A stretch of DNA of 63,923 bases, filler included, from Octopus bimaculoides (taxonomy: Eukaryota): NCBI RefSeq assembly GCF_001194135.2. It is 6 parts of 5 records of this genome, joined end to end, with 100 filler letters (N's around TTAATTAATTAA, not from the genome) between each part and the next. Parts side by side here need not be neighbours in the genome. Positions count along the whole stretch, not along the records: positions 20,423 to 41,562 come from NC_068984.1; 5 more parts are not named here. One strand, 5' to 3'. The notes below the pieces were generated by a model. The model ran no database searches, was not told the DNA's origin, and saw nothing but the letters and a program-made list of their open reading frames with translations. This document shows, piece after piece, positions 21,827 to 35,321 of the stretch; position 1 is the stretch's first letter; each line of letters begins with the position of its first letter. Both the position numbers and the translations under genes were made by a program.

Positions 21827-22936
21827 TGTATATNNNNNNNNNNNNNNNNNNNNNNNNNNNNNNNNNNNNNNNNNNNNNNNNNNNNNNNNNNNNNNNNNNN
21901 NNNNNNNNNNNNNNNNNNNNNNNNNNNNNNNNNNNNNNNNNNNNNNNNNNNNNNNNNNNNNNNNNTATTTAGAGAAAAGAATGAAAGTTCATGAACTCAT
22001 CCATGAAAATCGACAGTCATATATAAAAAAAATAATATGTAAATTCATTAATAAGTAAATAATAAGTATAATAAAATTCAAAGTGAATATCATAAAATAA
22101 TAATAATAAAACTACTACACGTGTTTCATAACCAAGTTTTCAAATAGAAAATAAAATATAATCATATCGTTTTGTTGTGCGTATGAGTTTTTACCTGAAA
22201 ATTTGTATTTTTATCCCTACTATTATTATATATATATATATATAATATACGTAGAAAATTCAGTAAAAACAGATCAAATGCAAAATTATATGTATTCTCA
22301 AAGCAATTCCGTTATAGATCATCACAAGACATATATTCTTCATATTGAATACACCTAAAGCATAATATTGGTTCAATTGATCTTTCATATGTATGCCTTA
22401 AGTCAATAAACACCGAATAATGTGGTTGTTAATCACATATATCAAGTGTTGCTATCATAAATTTGATTTCATTCTACGTGCTGATTACGAATAAAGGATT
22501 ATGCACACGGCTCGTTCAGAATACATATCAATTTGCTTACGCATGTATGTAATGGAGTGAGTACGGAACATTTAAAACGATATTATTGTTATGGATTATA
22601 ATTTGAAAGCATATCAACCACAGGTATGTAAATTTGAGCATGTGTTTCGAAACGATCTTTCAAGTCACTAATAAGTAAATCATACTTCGATCAGAGTGAA
22701 CTGCGTTTGGCTAACCCGACAAGTAGGAACCTAACATTATCGAAAGCAAAATATATACTAAGAGAGAAATCTAGTTCTCTTTTTTCTATAAATCTTGTAC
22801 TATAGCAAAACACTGAAAATGGTTTCACACTACGCATTAATATTGAATATTACTCTCCATATTAGATCGAATCCAATAGAATACGTGCGTCCACTCGCAC
22901 TTCCAATATTTTGTTTCGTGAAAAAAATATTTTCGT

Positions 22937-22987
<51 letters not shown>

Positions 22988-23025
22988 NNNNNNNNNNNNN
23001 NNNNNNNNNNNNNNNNNNNNNNNNN

Positions 23026-23081
<56 letters not shown>

Positions 23082-23795
23082 CACACACACACAAACACAC
23101 ATGTTTTATGTATGTACGTATGTATATGCGTGCATGTAAGTTTGTATGAGTGTATGTGTGTGTGTATGTCTGTGCGTATGTTTGCAAATACGCAAGTTTA
23201 TGCTACACTACACGACATGATAATATGCAGTTATGATATTTTTGATTTCTTGCTACAACCAGGATACAAGAAATGAGTGTCTTCTCATTTCATTAGTTAG
23301 TAGAGTTTATTTCATCCATGTGCTTAATATGTGGTCAGAATGCAAGTGAGGCATCAAAATGAGCCATAAATATACAAATACTGCCGTCGTAGAATAGATT
23401 TTTATATAATACATAATACATGGTAGAGTAATTTGTTCTGCTCGTTGAATATTCATGTTTTCAAAGAATTTAAAAATCTGAAATTCTTCCAGCAACGGTC
23501 GTTTGGCAAATCTCCTTAAATGTTAGGTTATGAATTGGGAAGCAAGCCAATATGTGATTTCTGAAATGGTTATTTTGAGCCAAGAATATAGCTGACTGAA
23601 TCGAATATTATAGCTTTCGGGACAATGGCGGGAATTCTTTATTTTTACCGTTAAAATACCTAAACGAAGATAAATGTATTGTATATAACAAACAATGTGA
23701 ATTCACCTTCAATAATTTATGAAAAATGTTATATATATATATATATATATACATATATAGCATATTATACAGAGAAAATATATCATTCATCATTT

Positions 23796-23995
23796 ATTTG
23801 TTTCGGTCATTAGGCTTCAGCCATGCTGGGGCGCCACCATCACGAAATTTTAGGTGTATGAATTGACCCCAGTACTTATTGTTACACCTGTTATCTATTC
23901 TATCGGAAACTTTTGCCGTACCGTTAAGTTATGGGAATATAAACACACCAACACCGGTTGTCAGGCGGTAGTGGGGGACAAAATACAGATACAAA
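23796..23995 (-). mobile_element. SINE family B
   Basis: Homologous to 17122 and 28598. Confidence 0.75.
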
Positions 23996-24946
23996 GACAC
24001 ACACATACACATACCGACAGAAAGAGAAACACAAACAGGCACACACACACACACATAAGATCGGAAGAGNNNNNNNNNNNNNNNNNNNNNNNNNNNNNNN
24101 NNNNNNNNNNNNNNNNNNNNNNNNNNNNNNNNNNNNNNNNNNNNNNNNNNNNNNNNNNNNNNNNNNNNNNNNNNNNNNNNNNNNNNNNNNNNNNNNNNNN
24201 NNNNNNNNNNNNNNNNNNNNNNNNNNNNNNNNNNNNNNNNNNNNNNNNNNNNNNNNNNNNNNNNNNNNNNNNNNNNNNNNNNNNNNNNNNNNNNNNNNNN
24301 NNNNNNNNNNNNNNNNNNNNNNNNNNNNNNNNNNNNNNNNNNNNNNNNNNNNNNNNNNNNNNNNNNNNNNNNNNNNNNNNNNNNNNNNNNNNNNNNNNNN
24401 NNNNNNNNNNNNNNNNNNNNNNNNNNNNNNNNNNNNNNNNNNNNNNNNNNNNNNNNNNNNNNNNNNNNNNNNNNNNNNNNNNNNNNNNNNNNNNNNNNNN
24501 NNNNNNNNNNNNNNNNNNNNNNNNNNNNNNNNNNNNNNNNNNNNNNNNNNNNNNNNNNNNNNNNNNNNNNNNNNNNNNNNNNNNNNNNNNNNNNNNNNNN
24601 NNNNNNNNNNNNNNNNNNNNNNNNNNNNNNNNNNNNNNNNNNNNNNNNNNNNNNNNNNNNNNNNNNNNNNNNNNNNNNNNNNNNNNNNNNNNNNNNNNNN
24701 NNNNNNNNNNNNNNNNNNNNNNNNNNNNNNNNNNNNNNNNNNNNNNNNNNNNNNNNNNNNNNNNNNNNNNNNNNNNNNNNNNNNNNNNNNNNNNNNNNNN
24801 NNNNNNNNNNNNNNNNNNNNNNNNNNNNNNNNNNNNNNNNNNNNNNNNNNNNNNNNNNNNNNNNNNNNNNNNNNNNNNNNNNNNNNNNNNNNNNNNNNNN
24901 NNNNNNNNNNNNNNNNNNNNNNNNNNNNNNNNNNNNNNNNNNNNNN

Positions 24947-25007
<61 letters not shown>

Positions 25008-28000
25008 TTATTGCTGCGTCTAAGGGGAGTCATTGTCCCGATATTTTTAATAGGACAAACCATCGTATTTTTAGACAGTCAAATGGCAAATTATCCCACT
25101 AAATAGCGAGGCACGTAAACGATATATATATATATACATTTAAATATGTGTATATTTGTGTGACCGTGTATAAACATATGCGTATGTAATTGAATAAGAT
25201 GGATTCAACAAGACGGAGTATAGAGGAACATTTATTTGTAATCACTACAGTTGTTTCCACGCAACGTAGTTCATCAGATTCGTAGGTATTTGGTTATGTA
25301 ACCGTTTCCATGCATTATGACATTTTGTTGAGTTTCGTTAGGTAATATATAATAAATATTATTTTTGTGTTCCATAAACTCAAATTCTCAGCTTCAAGCG
25401 CATCTTCTTTGTCTGTCGTGGCTTGCGAGGTATTAGTAACCTATCAATATAAAAACAAAGTTTGTTGTGGTCTGATAGACTGTAAAGGAACCGCTTTAAA
25501 TTTATAGATGATGTGGGAGGGTGTTCGTCCTATGGATGGTAAGTATTGAGGTTCATATCAAAGTGAGTGCCATTCTATTCCTTTGTACTAATTTATTCTT
25601 CATGATGGTCGGTAACACTTGCCATTTTCGGTCACTGACCTTCAATAATTCAGTGGTCATTCAGTTACTGTACTTATATGTACATATACATGGTGTGATA
25701 TTAGTTGCACTATAATACGATATTACATAAGAACCTATTGCGAAACATAATTCTCTCAGGTGCGACATTTGTGTGCGCTGGCAAACTAGAGTTTCCTTGA
25801 GATCCAGCTACATCGCAGCCATATATTGTATGACTTGATGTGTTGAGCTGCAATTCGTTTCTTCAAAAGATCGTGTTCTTTGCACTGGGCTACGATATAA
25901 CTTGAAATAAGATGAACGTTTTCCTTTACTTCTCAGTGAGTATGTCTATTCCTTCAGCATATTTCTATGAGTGGGCATTTGCTCTCATCTCGATCCCATT
26001 TAAATACCTCCAAAAGTGATGGGGCAGCTTTGAATGTTTCTTATAACCTTAACACTTGTTATACTTCCAATACTGAGCCTGATATCGACCCCTGCTATTT
26101 CTTCACCACTGCCTCCATTTCACCCCGAAAGATCACATTTTTGGCTTACATCACTGGTTTTAGTATTTTAACAATGTATTACATAAGCCCGAAAGTTTTC
26201 TGTGACTAAGCTTTCTCGTTATCTTTTGACGAATTTCAGTTGTTATCTCAACAACATTAACCCATTAACCATAAAATGCATACAGTTGATAGTCAGCTCT
26301 TGACTTCACCATTATGCAAGCATTAATTGTAAGAGGCATATGCATTACTTCGGATTAGAAATGTTCTTGTTATGGACTTTTATAGGGTTTGCATCCGAAA
26401 AACTTTTATTATAATTATGAAGAGAGAAAAAGTGAGTGGCATATTTCGGTTCGGTTCAGCAGAATACCAAAGATTTCTTCTTCAGAGATATATCTCATAC
26501 AGCTTGGGAAGATCTTCACCTGTAAACCAACGAAATATGCGGACAATCATGAAGCATGCCAATGAATGTGGACAGTCAGTGCATTACAAGTCATTCCTTA
26601 CTTACTCCATTGGTCGTGAGCAATACTACATGAGCAAGATGAGTCATCAAGAGCAACAATGATGCAATAGACTAATCATCTAGATGGCTCTTCTAAAAGG
26701 AAGGATTGTATATCACTTGGAATGTACTGGTGCTAAGGATGAATCTGTACTTTGCAAGATGCAAAGCATCCAGTAAGTTTGCACTTCTACGTTGCTGTAT
26801 GTATGGCTATGCGTGTAAGAAAACATGTTATTTTTATATCAGTATATTCAAAAACAAGATTTCGATTTTCGCATTGCCAATAAAAATAAGTATATAATAT
26901 AATTTTGTATACAGAATTCCACATCGTTTTCAGAATGTACATTATTACATCCCAAATATGCTAAATACATATAAAAATAAATATTAAAAATATTCAAATA
27001 TTCACAAAATGTCTAACTGTAAAATGATTCTTGTAAGTTTTACTCTATTTATATTTATGATATATATGTTAAGAAACATTCATAAAAAAAATCCAATAGG
27101 ATAGTTAAAAAGCTATATATTCAATTTTTTTCATTTATCTATCTTAAAATTTCACTGCTGTATTACTTATACAGCAATGAACACTTATTTTATAGTTTGT
27201 GTACTTAACAATTGCCGACATTTTAAATCGGCAAGTGATACATTTTGGTAACGCAAATAAGATAACATCAATATTTCACTCTCTACGTGAAAACAAGTGG
27301 AAAAACAAACAAAAAAGTAATAAGAATAATCATGTCCTATAATACATGCATATATGTGTGTATGTGTGTGTATGTATGTATGTATGTATGTATGTATGTA
27401 TGTATGTATGTATGTATGTAGGCATTGCTCCAATAACTCTGCAATGAAAATATATTTATCATAAAATATAACAACAAAGTCCAATCATTCGATGTAAAAC
27501 ATTTCTGTTACAAATAGAAAAGCTTCAACGGTGGTTTGAAAAGTACAAATAAAATATAAAAACAACGGAAAACATAGATATATAAGAAAACAGGAAATAT
27601 TGAGGGAATATTCATAAACAAACTATCTTTATTATGTGCATACACGCATAGACATAAATGCCAATTTCACAACAAAAAGACCAGCATATATGACGTATCG
27701 AATGGTAACATAAAACTAGAAAAAAGAAAGCGTATCCGACGATGGTTACAGTGTAAATGGAAAACAAACGAGAAAAAAATGAAAATGTGTATTAAAATAT
27801 TGACAAGGTAATTCCCTACTATGTTACTGCTACGACTACGATTTTAATATATTGAATATATAAAGAAAACAACAAATATATATAAAGGAACATCACTCAA
27901 CTCTCATCATCGTCATCGCCATAGCTCTTTTCATCATAAGCAGCATTAACATAAATGTAAGCACCAAGTACAACTTTAACTATAAGAACACGAACAGCAA

Positions 28001-28597
28001 GAACAACACAAAATATATTGCCTCACTGACGATGATAATGTTGTCGGCAAATACAACAATGGGCTGCTTGGATAGATTCCACATTGAATTAAAGCACATA
28101 ATAAAAGCTGTTAGCTATTCACAATGCCAAAGCGACCTCCTAATGTGAACGACATTCTTTCGCTGAGTCGTCAAAATGAATTATTAGATAAACTCGGGGC
28201 GATTTAGCAAACCATATCATATTCACTGCCTCCCAGCACAGTGTGTTACTGACGCGCCTGCTATATTACCTGTCAGTCATAGTCGCAAATATTTGCACCC
28301 TCACACACTACCATTCTCTATATTTCATTGATATTCGAATAAAACCATTCAGTAGGATGAGAAACTTTCACAAATAGAGAATTACCATTAAATTCTTTAA
28401 ATTGTCCAGGTGTCTATTCGTGTTAGCAATGAGAACGAACACTATTACACTGGTGGTCAGGCACAATGACACAAGCATTGCAAATGAGATTTTTCTCAAC
28501 TTATAAAGTAAGACATAGAATAAAAAAATACATATAGGACAGGGCACAATGAATATATACCTTATCTTCATACATACATAGTTTTTTTTTCTTTTAT

Positions 28598-28783
28598 TCT
28601 GTTAATTGTTTCAGTCATTTGACTGCGGCCATGCTGGAACACCGCGTTTAGTCTAACTGATCGACCTCATGACTTATTCTTTGTAAGCCTAGTACTTATT
28701 TTATCGGTCTTTTTTGCCGAACTGCTAAGTTACTGGGACATAAACACACCAACATCGGTTGTCAAGCGATGTTGGTGGGGGGG
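28598..28783 (-). mobile_element. SINE family B
   Basis: GTTTCAGTCATTTGACTGCGGCCATGCTGG...CATCGGTTGTCAAGCGATGTTGG, the best-preserved copy. Confidence 0.8.
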
Positions 28784-28833
28784 ATCACACACACACACAC
28801 GCACAAACACACACGCACGCATATGTATATATA

Positions 28834-29000
28834 TGACTGGCTTCTTTCAGTTTGTGATTATCAAATCTACTCAAAAGGATTTGGTCAGCCCGAGGCTATA
28901 GTAGAAGACAATTTCCAAAAGTGTCATGCAGTAGGACTGAACCCGGAACCATGTGGTTGGGAAGCAAGCTTCTTAACACAGAGCCACTCCTGCGCCTGTA
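28834..29000 (-). mobile_element. tRNA-derived SINE family C
   Basis: Minus strand GGCGCAGGAGTGGCTCTGTGTTAAG (A box), GGTTCAGTCC (B box), then CTACTATAGCCTCGGGCTGACC...AAACTGAAAGAAGCC. Confidence 0.8.
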
Positions 29001-29509
29001 TATACATANNNNNNNNNNNNNNNNNNNNNNNNNNNNNNNNNNNNNNNNNNNNNNNNNNNNNNNNNNNNNNNNNNNNNNNNNNNNNNNNNNNNNNNNNNNN
29101 NNNNNNNNNNNNNNNNNNNNNNNNNNNNNNNNNNNNNNNNNNNNNNNNNNNNNNNNNNNNNNNNNNNNNNNNNNNNNNNNNNNNNNNNNNNNNNNNNNNN
29201 NNNNNNNNNNNNNNNNNNNNNNNNNNNNNNNNNNNNNNNNNNNNNNNNNNNNNNNNNNNNNNNNNNNNNNNNNNNNNNNNNNNNNNNNNNNNNNNNNNNN
29301 NNNNNNNNNNNNNNNNNNNNNNNNNNNNNNNNNNNNNNNNNGGGGGGGGGTAACTGCGTGTGTAACTGCGTGAGTGCATATATGTACATACATGTATTCA
29401 TATAATATACCGATATATGGAAGCATATGTATATATTTACTAACATATAACATGAAGAGATGTGAATAAACCAAAGAAATGGTTAATGCTTGAGAAAGTG
29501 ACGACGAAA

Positions 29510-29574
29510 AAGTAGTAGTAGTAGTAGTAGTAATAGTAGTATAAGAAGAAGAACAACAACAACGACAATGACAA

Positions 29575-29620
<46 letters not shown>

Positions 29621-29625
29621 AACAA
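29510..29625. repeat. Compound trinucleotide array (GTA)n-(AGA)n-(ACA)n-(CTA)n-(CTG)n
   Basis: Directly visible. Confidence 0.9.
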
Positions 29626-30048
29626 TCACAGCATAAACAACACGAAAAAGGAAAATGTCGATCGTGTGAGAGAAAATCGGAATGATAATTCGTAGAAAAC
29701 AATAACAAATGTAATATATCTTAATAATAGGCGCTTAACGTTTATTCTTAATGGTTTGTAGGAATAGGTTAAGGACATATGGATTGATATATAGAAAGTC
29801 AATGTTCCTCTAAAACGTTAAGCCATCACTAGAGATCCAAACGTAAAATTGTTTATCAATATCTGCTCATGTAGCTTATCTCCTCTGCTGTTATCTATCA
29901 TTAAATTAAATAACTAAAATTTCTTTATTTCGATCACTTTGAATAAAGAGCAAGTGATTAAATTGATGTCTAGTTAACCAAAGACATACATATCTACATG
30001 AATTAACACGCACACACATATATGAACCTATATGTTTCTGAGTGCTGA

Positions 30049-30103
<55 letters not shown>

Positions 30104-30945
30104 ATGCCTTGGCTTTCATAAAACTCAACGGCATTTGTACGTATTCCTGATGGATGGTGCATTGGTGCTCCTCTGTTTAGCATTAACGTTAAGCCTTGGT
30201 TCGTACATATGAATACTTCTCAGTCAGTTGTCTCTTAATTGTTTCACAAGGTTATATATCTTCCACAAGTATTTGAAATATGTATGACCTCATGTGGTGA
30301 TATATGTGAGTGCGTAGAAGGAGATATTAAGGTACTTATACTTTAATCCATGCATTTTAGTGTGTAAAGATAAACGGATATTTAAAGTACGTGTGTATTC
30401 ACGTGGATAGAGAAAATAGTTCATAGAAGAATTTGCAGTATTGAAAATATACGTACATATTCAAGAAATAGTCTTAAGAAGTAGATATCCTCACACACAC
30501 TTGTTCGCACGTACACTTATATATATGCATGCAAACGGACACTTACACATATGAAAACAGAAAATTCGTAAAGCATTACACTGCATTTCTACCTTCCGAT
30601 CATCGGGCAATCAATATATTTAGGCTTATATAATAACAAACGTTATCCAATAACAAACGTAGGAAAATTTTCGTTTGGTAACAATCTGACCGAACGAAAT
30701 CCCTCACAACACGCTAAGGGGAATTTCAAGGAGCATCTCCTAAACATCATAGTTGTCGGTCATGCAGCAATGTTACACTTAAATTAACAAATGTCTACTT
30801 CCTGGATGTATCCAAGAGTTTAAATAGGAAAATACAACACTTAGCGTAAGAAAGAAACTCCTTGATTGAACGTCCATTTTCTCATTTACATTCCAAATAC
30901 TTGACACATATTGACAGAATAATTTCCTGCAATTTGGTAATTAGG

Positions 30946-31035
30946 AAGGCGGCGAGATGGTCCATATTAACGGCTAATTGTCCGTCTTTACGTTTTGGGT
31001 TCAACGTTTGCTGATGTCGACTTTGCCTTTCACCC
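30946..31035 (+). mobile_element. SINE family A, deleted fragment
   Basis: AAGGCGGCGAGATGG...CCGTCTTTACGTT..GGGTTCAA..GTCGACTTTGCCTTTCA. Confidence 0.7.
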
Positions 31036-32531
31036 ACATATGTATGTGTATTTGTATTTTTCATGAGCTTGTAAGTTATAAAACTGACAACACCACTGAT
31101 TTCCAGTTAATATTTTTTACTAACTACTGTTATTGGTATCTTATCAATACATTGTCCCGTTCTTCAGAACGGCAACATTCCTAAATCTATTAACTTTCTA
31201 TAAATTTCCCATGCCATAGCCTGAAAGAAAAAAATAAAGTAAAAAAAAAAAAAAACGAAGAAAAATAATTGGGTCTGTTGTCGGTACATTGTCCTTTACT
31301 ATGCCAAGTATCATGTAAATATTTGCATAACTCATAAGTTCCGAGGCTAGAAAATCTGTGAAAGGTAAATTTCATAGTTAATATTAAAAATAATGTCCTG
31401 CTTACTTATTTCGTATACTGTTATTAATGACATGTCTAATGTTCTTCTCCTCTTCTCACAAACAGATATATCATGCGTGAAAGACACTATGAAATTTATC
31501 GAGTTTGCCGTTACACAATTATAAATTCAATAACGATGCAACGATATTACCTTGTATTAGAGTATTTCCATTTTCAATTGCTACCTATTTCAAATCGCGA
31601 TGTCTATACGCTGCTGCTATTCATTCATGTGATGAGATTGAGAAAAACTGAAAACTTCATCAATGTTATCATTATCATATCATCATACAAGATAAATGAG
31701 AATTCTAGACAATAGGGGTTATTTAATATTAAAAGTTACCGTATGTTAAGCATGTATGAAAGAAATGCTGTTCATATTGTTTCTTTTATATATATATATG
31801 GTTTATTATATTTGTGTGTGTGTGTGTGTACACACGTCCTTATTTGTTTATGTACTTGCATGTATTGTATATATGTCGGTGGTATACTGCCAATATAGGT
31901 TCAGACAGACGGTTTACTAGCAAAGAAAAGACAGCTCAGACAGTCGTCCAAATTTTCACCCTCCACAAACTTGAGAATTCAAAATTCTTTCTGTACAGTA
32001 CCCAATGTTCGTAAAGGAAACACAGATGATAAATGATAAGAGATCATTGTAAAACTTCGAATAAAAAGAACCAAATAACAATGTAATAACATGTCATTCT
32101 ACTAGAGAAATAAATACAGACACTCAGAAATTAATAGAGTATCTTATAGTCAGAAACTGGGGGAAATAAGTAGATATATGGAGTTTCAGTGAAACCATAG
32201 GCAGAACGAATTCAAGAAGAGGAAAGGGAAAGATTACAAAAGAATTGGAAATGTCCTTGTGTGAAGGTAATCAGAGTATAGTAATAGATTCTCAAGGTAA
32301 CAATACTGTGTTATAGAAGTAAAGGAACGGAGCTGAGTAACTGGTCAACGCTTTTCATATTACGAAGGGAAGGGGGGGAGTGAAAGATTAGGAAACAAAA
32401 TAGGGTGCAAGTATATGAAGATGGTGCACAACAGCAGCTACACACAGACATATATATGTACACACACACACATACATTTATATATATGTATATACACAGA
32501 CATACACACACATATGTATGTATATATACAC

Positions 32532-32564
<33 letters not shown>

Positions 32565-35264
32565 NNNNNNNNNNNNNNNNNNNNNNNNNNNNNNNNNNNN
32601 NNNNNNNNNNNNNNNNNNNNNNNNNNNNNNNNNNNNNNNNNNNNNNNNNNNNNNNNNNNNNNNNNNNNNNNNNNNNNNNNNNNNNNNNNNNNNNNNNNNN
32701 NNNNNNNNNNNNNNNNNNNNNNNNNNNNNNNNNNNNNNNNNNNNNNNNNNNNNNNNNNNNNNNNNNNNNNNNNNNNNNNNNNNNNNNNNNNNNNNNNNNN
32801 NNNNNNNNNNNNNNNNNNNNNNNNNNNNNNNNNNNNNNNNNNNNNNNNNNNNNNNNNNNNNNNNNNNNNNNNNNNNNNNNNNNNNNNNNNNNNNNNNNNN
32901 NNNNNNNNNNNNNNNNNNNNNNNNNNNNNNNNNNNNNNNNNNNNNNNNNNNNNNNNNNNNNNNNNNNNNNNNNNNNNNNNNNNNNNNNNNNNNNNNNNNN
33001 NNNNNNNNNNNNNNNNNNNNNNNNNNNNNNNNNNNNNNNNNNNNNNNNNNNNNNNNNNNNNNNNNNNNNNNNNNNNNNNNNNNNNNNNNNNNNNNNNNNN
33101 NNNNNNNTATATATATATATATATATATGTACATGCGTGTGTGATTGTGCGTACGTGTGTGTTGATATATACATATGTAAATGTGTGTTTGTGTGTGCAA
33201 ACATATAAACACTCAAATAATCACTCCTTTAGAAATGCATATATTGGCCCCAGTGCGGAAAACATTTAAAAGAATAAATAAGCTGATGACAGTAATTAAA
33301 TTGTTTCTATATACCAAAATCTGCGAAGAAATGTTTTGAGTCAGGAACTGAGAAGTTGCCTTCTATGTAAATACTACTCTTCAGAACATAAGCGATATAA
33401 GTCAGCCAGAACGAAATTGAAGCTACCGAACCACAAATAAACAACAGCGATATAAATGAGCAGTACACAACCGTATATTTACTGTTTTTAAACGCATATA
33501 AATTGCATTATTACAAAATTCGTTAGTAATAACAGAGAAGCTACACGAAGGTGGATTTAAAGCATTATGCAAATGCAGTTAACGAAAGCTCTGTGGGCTT
33601 TGCTGAAATCTAATTTGGTTATGGAAGAATATAAAACCATTTGGATGAGTGGTTAGTGTATAGCGTATTTCCTTAAACAAAGAAATTGAGGATGTACTAT
33701 AGGCATTATTCTGATACGATTACAGCATTCGACTAAGTTCTTGTAGACAACATTTTATTGATTCGGCTAAGACACTACCTTGAATGTCCTATTAAAGTTT
33801 AGGAATATAATGATGGTAGGTAGGCGGTAAATTTAGAGTGACAGAATAACTACCACACTTCGATCCATGTCTGTACTTTTGACATTCAAATTGCGTCGAC
33901 TTCGATGTTTGCATTAATTCTTCCGCAATGGAAAAGTACTAGTCAACTAGTATTTAATAACACTGAGGTGTAATCATTAGGCGTTTTTCACGAAAGCCGT
34001 TATGATCCATTTGAACTTTATTGCTTTGAGTCTTTTAAATCACATTAAAATCTTTAGTATGATAAATTTCTCTACCTTAGAAGAAAGCCCAAGGGATATT
34101 CTTCAGGATAGAATTATGTTTTTCTGAGACGAAACGCAGCTACTGGAGCACATGGAATATAAATGGCGTTAGCTCAGCCTACAAAATGCAAATGAACAAT
34201 TTCATTCACATTACGACATGTTTGCATATGCATATGAAATATTTTTTCTGCTCTACTCCGATTATAAATAACGACTCTTTAAAAAATAGATGATCAAGAT
34301 TTACAATTAGATATTAATGTATGTAAATATATGTTTCAACATTTCACTTTTACTCTCTAAAGTATCATATGTATTTAGTAAGTGCCATTATTTCCTTTTT
34401 TTTTTTCTCATCACCTCACTATTTCATCGGCATGCCAAAATATGAAGTGTGATAGGCTTTTATCACTCTTTTGAACTAGAGAAAATGTGATACAACGGAT
34501 GCAGTTAATTTTAAATAAATTTTAACATACTACGTTTGAAACTTCTTTCATTTTATTTGAGAATATGTTCGTGTGCATTCTAGGAGTGGACCTCAGTCAA
34601 ATTAATCCTTGTACATTCAAGGCTACGTATGCTGCTATTGCTAATAGATTTATTAATATTCATGTAGTTCCACAAGTTACACGATTTGCTAATAATATGC
34701 AAGAACTATAATTTATGATTTCTGTCAACACATATTCCCAAGGTATTTTTCTTTTGTATCTCACACCGTGTTTATGGAAATGTCTCTACAATAAGGAAAT
34801 ATTAATATCTGATTAATCGTCGTTGCATGCTGCACGTCCTTTTTTGTTTGAATAGTAACCCGTTGCTTATTTGGCTTTTACTACATACATATAACGTCCT
34901 TTGGAGGGTATTCCACACTTAATATAGAAACAAAGAGAATGACTGCAACACATTTGTTTATCTTGATTGTATTATTGGTCTATCTTTTGTGAAATCTATC
35001 CTACCAACTACATACAAAAACAAGCATTTTAACTTCAAAACGTTTTACGACTTTACAACTTAGTATTCAGACAGACAGTAGTATATCGTTTTATCATGTT
35101 AAAAATACTGTTTACATTGACATAAAGCAGCATAAAATTAATAAAGTATTTGAAGACATGTTTCTTGTAGGATTTAATTAAAAAAATACAGTGATAGGCA
35201 CTTGCGTTCTAATTAGAGGGTAAATATAAAAAAAAGTTTAAGGAAATTCATATGCTTTACAAAC

Positions 35265-35321
35265 ATATAACAAACAAAATCAGGAATATAACAAACAAAA
35301 TCAAGAATACAACAAACAAAC
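35265..35321. repeat. 21-bp tandem repeat, ~2.7 copies
   Basis: ATATAACAAACAAAATCA(G/A)GA units. Confidence 0.8.

Noticed and set aside
23854-25106. Long ORFs of 200-400 aa spanning gaps (also 28.8-29.7, 32.3-33.3, 37.2-37.7, 43.1-43.8, 53.5-54.1 and 54.8-56.1 kb)
   Set aside because: They consist mostly of X translated from N runs.
25380-26200. Possible ancient LINE RT on the minus strand (EMEAVVK, IAGVD, LCFYID)
   Set aside because: Motif pieces are too short and scattered to support without an alignment search.
28834-29000. tRNA gene (A and B boxes)
   Set aside because: No complete cloverleaf; it continues into a multi-copy SINE body. The same applies to family A heads.
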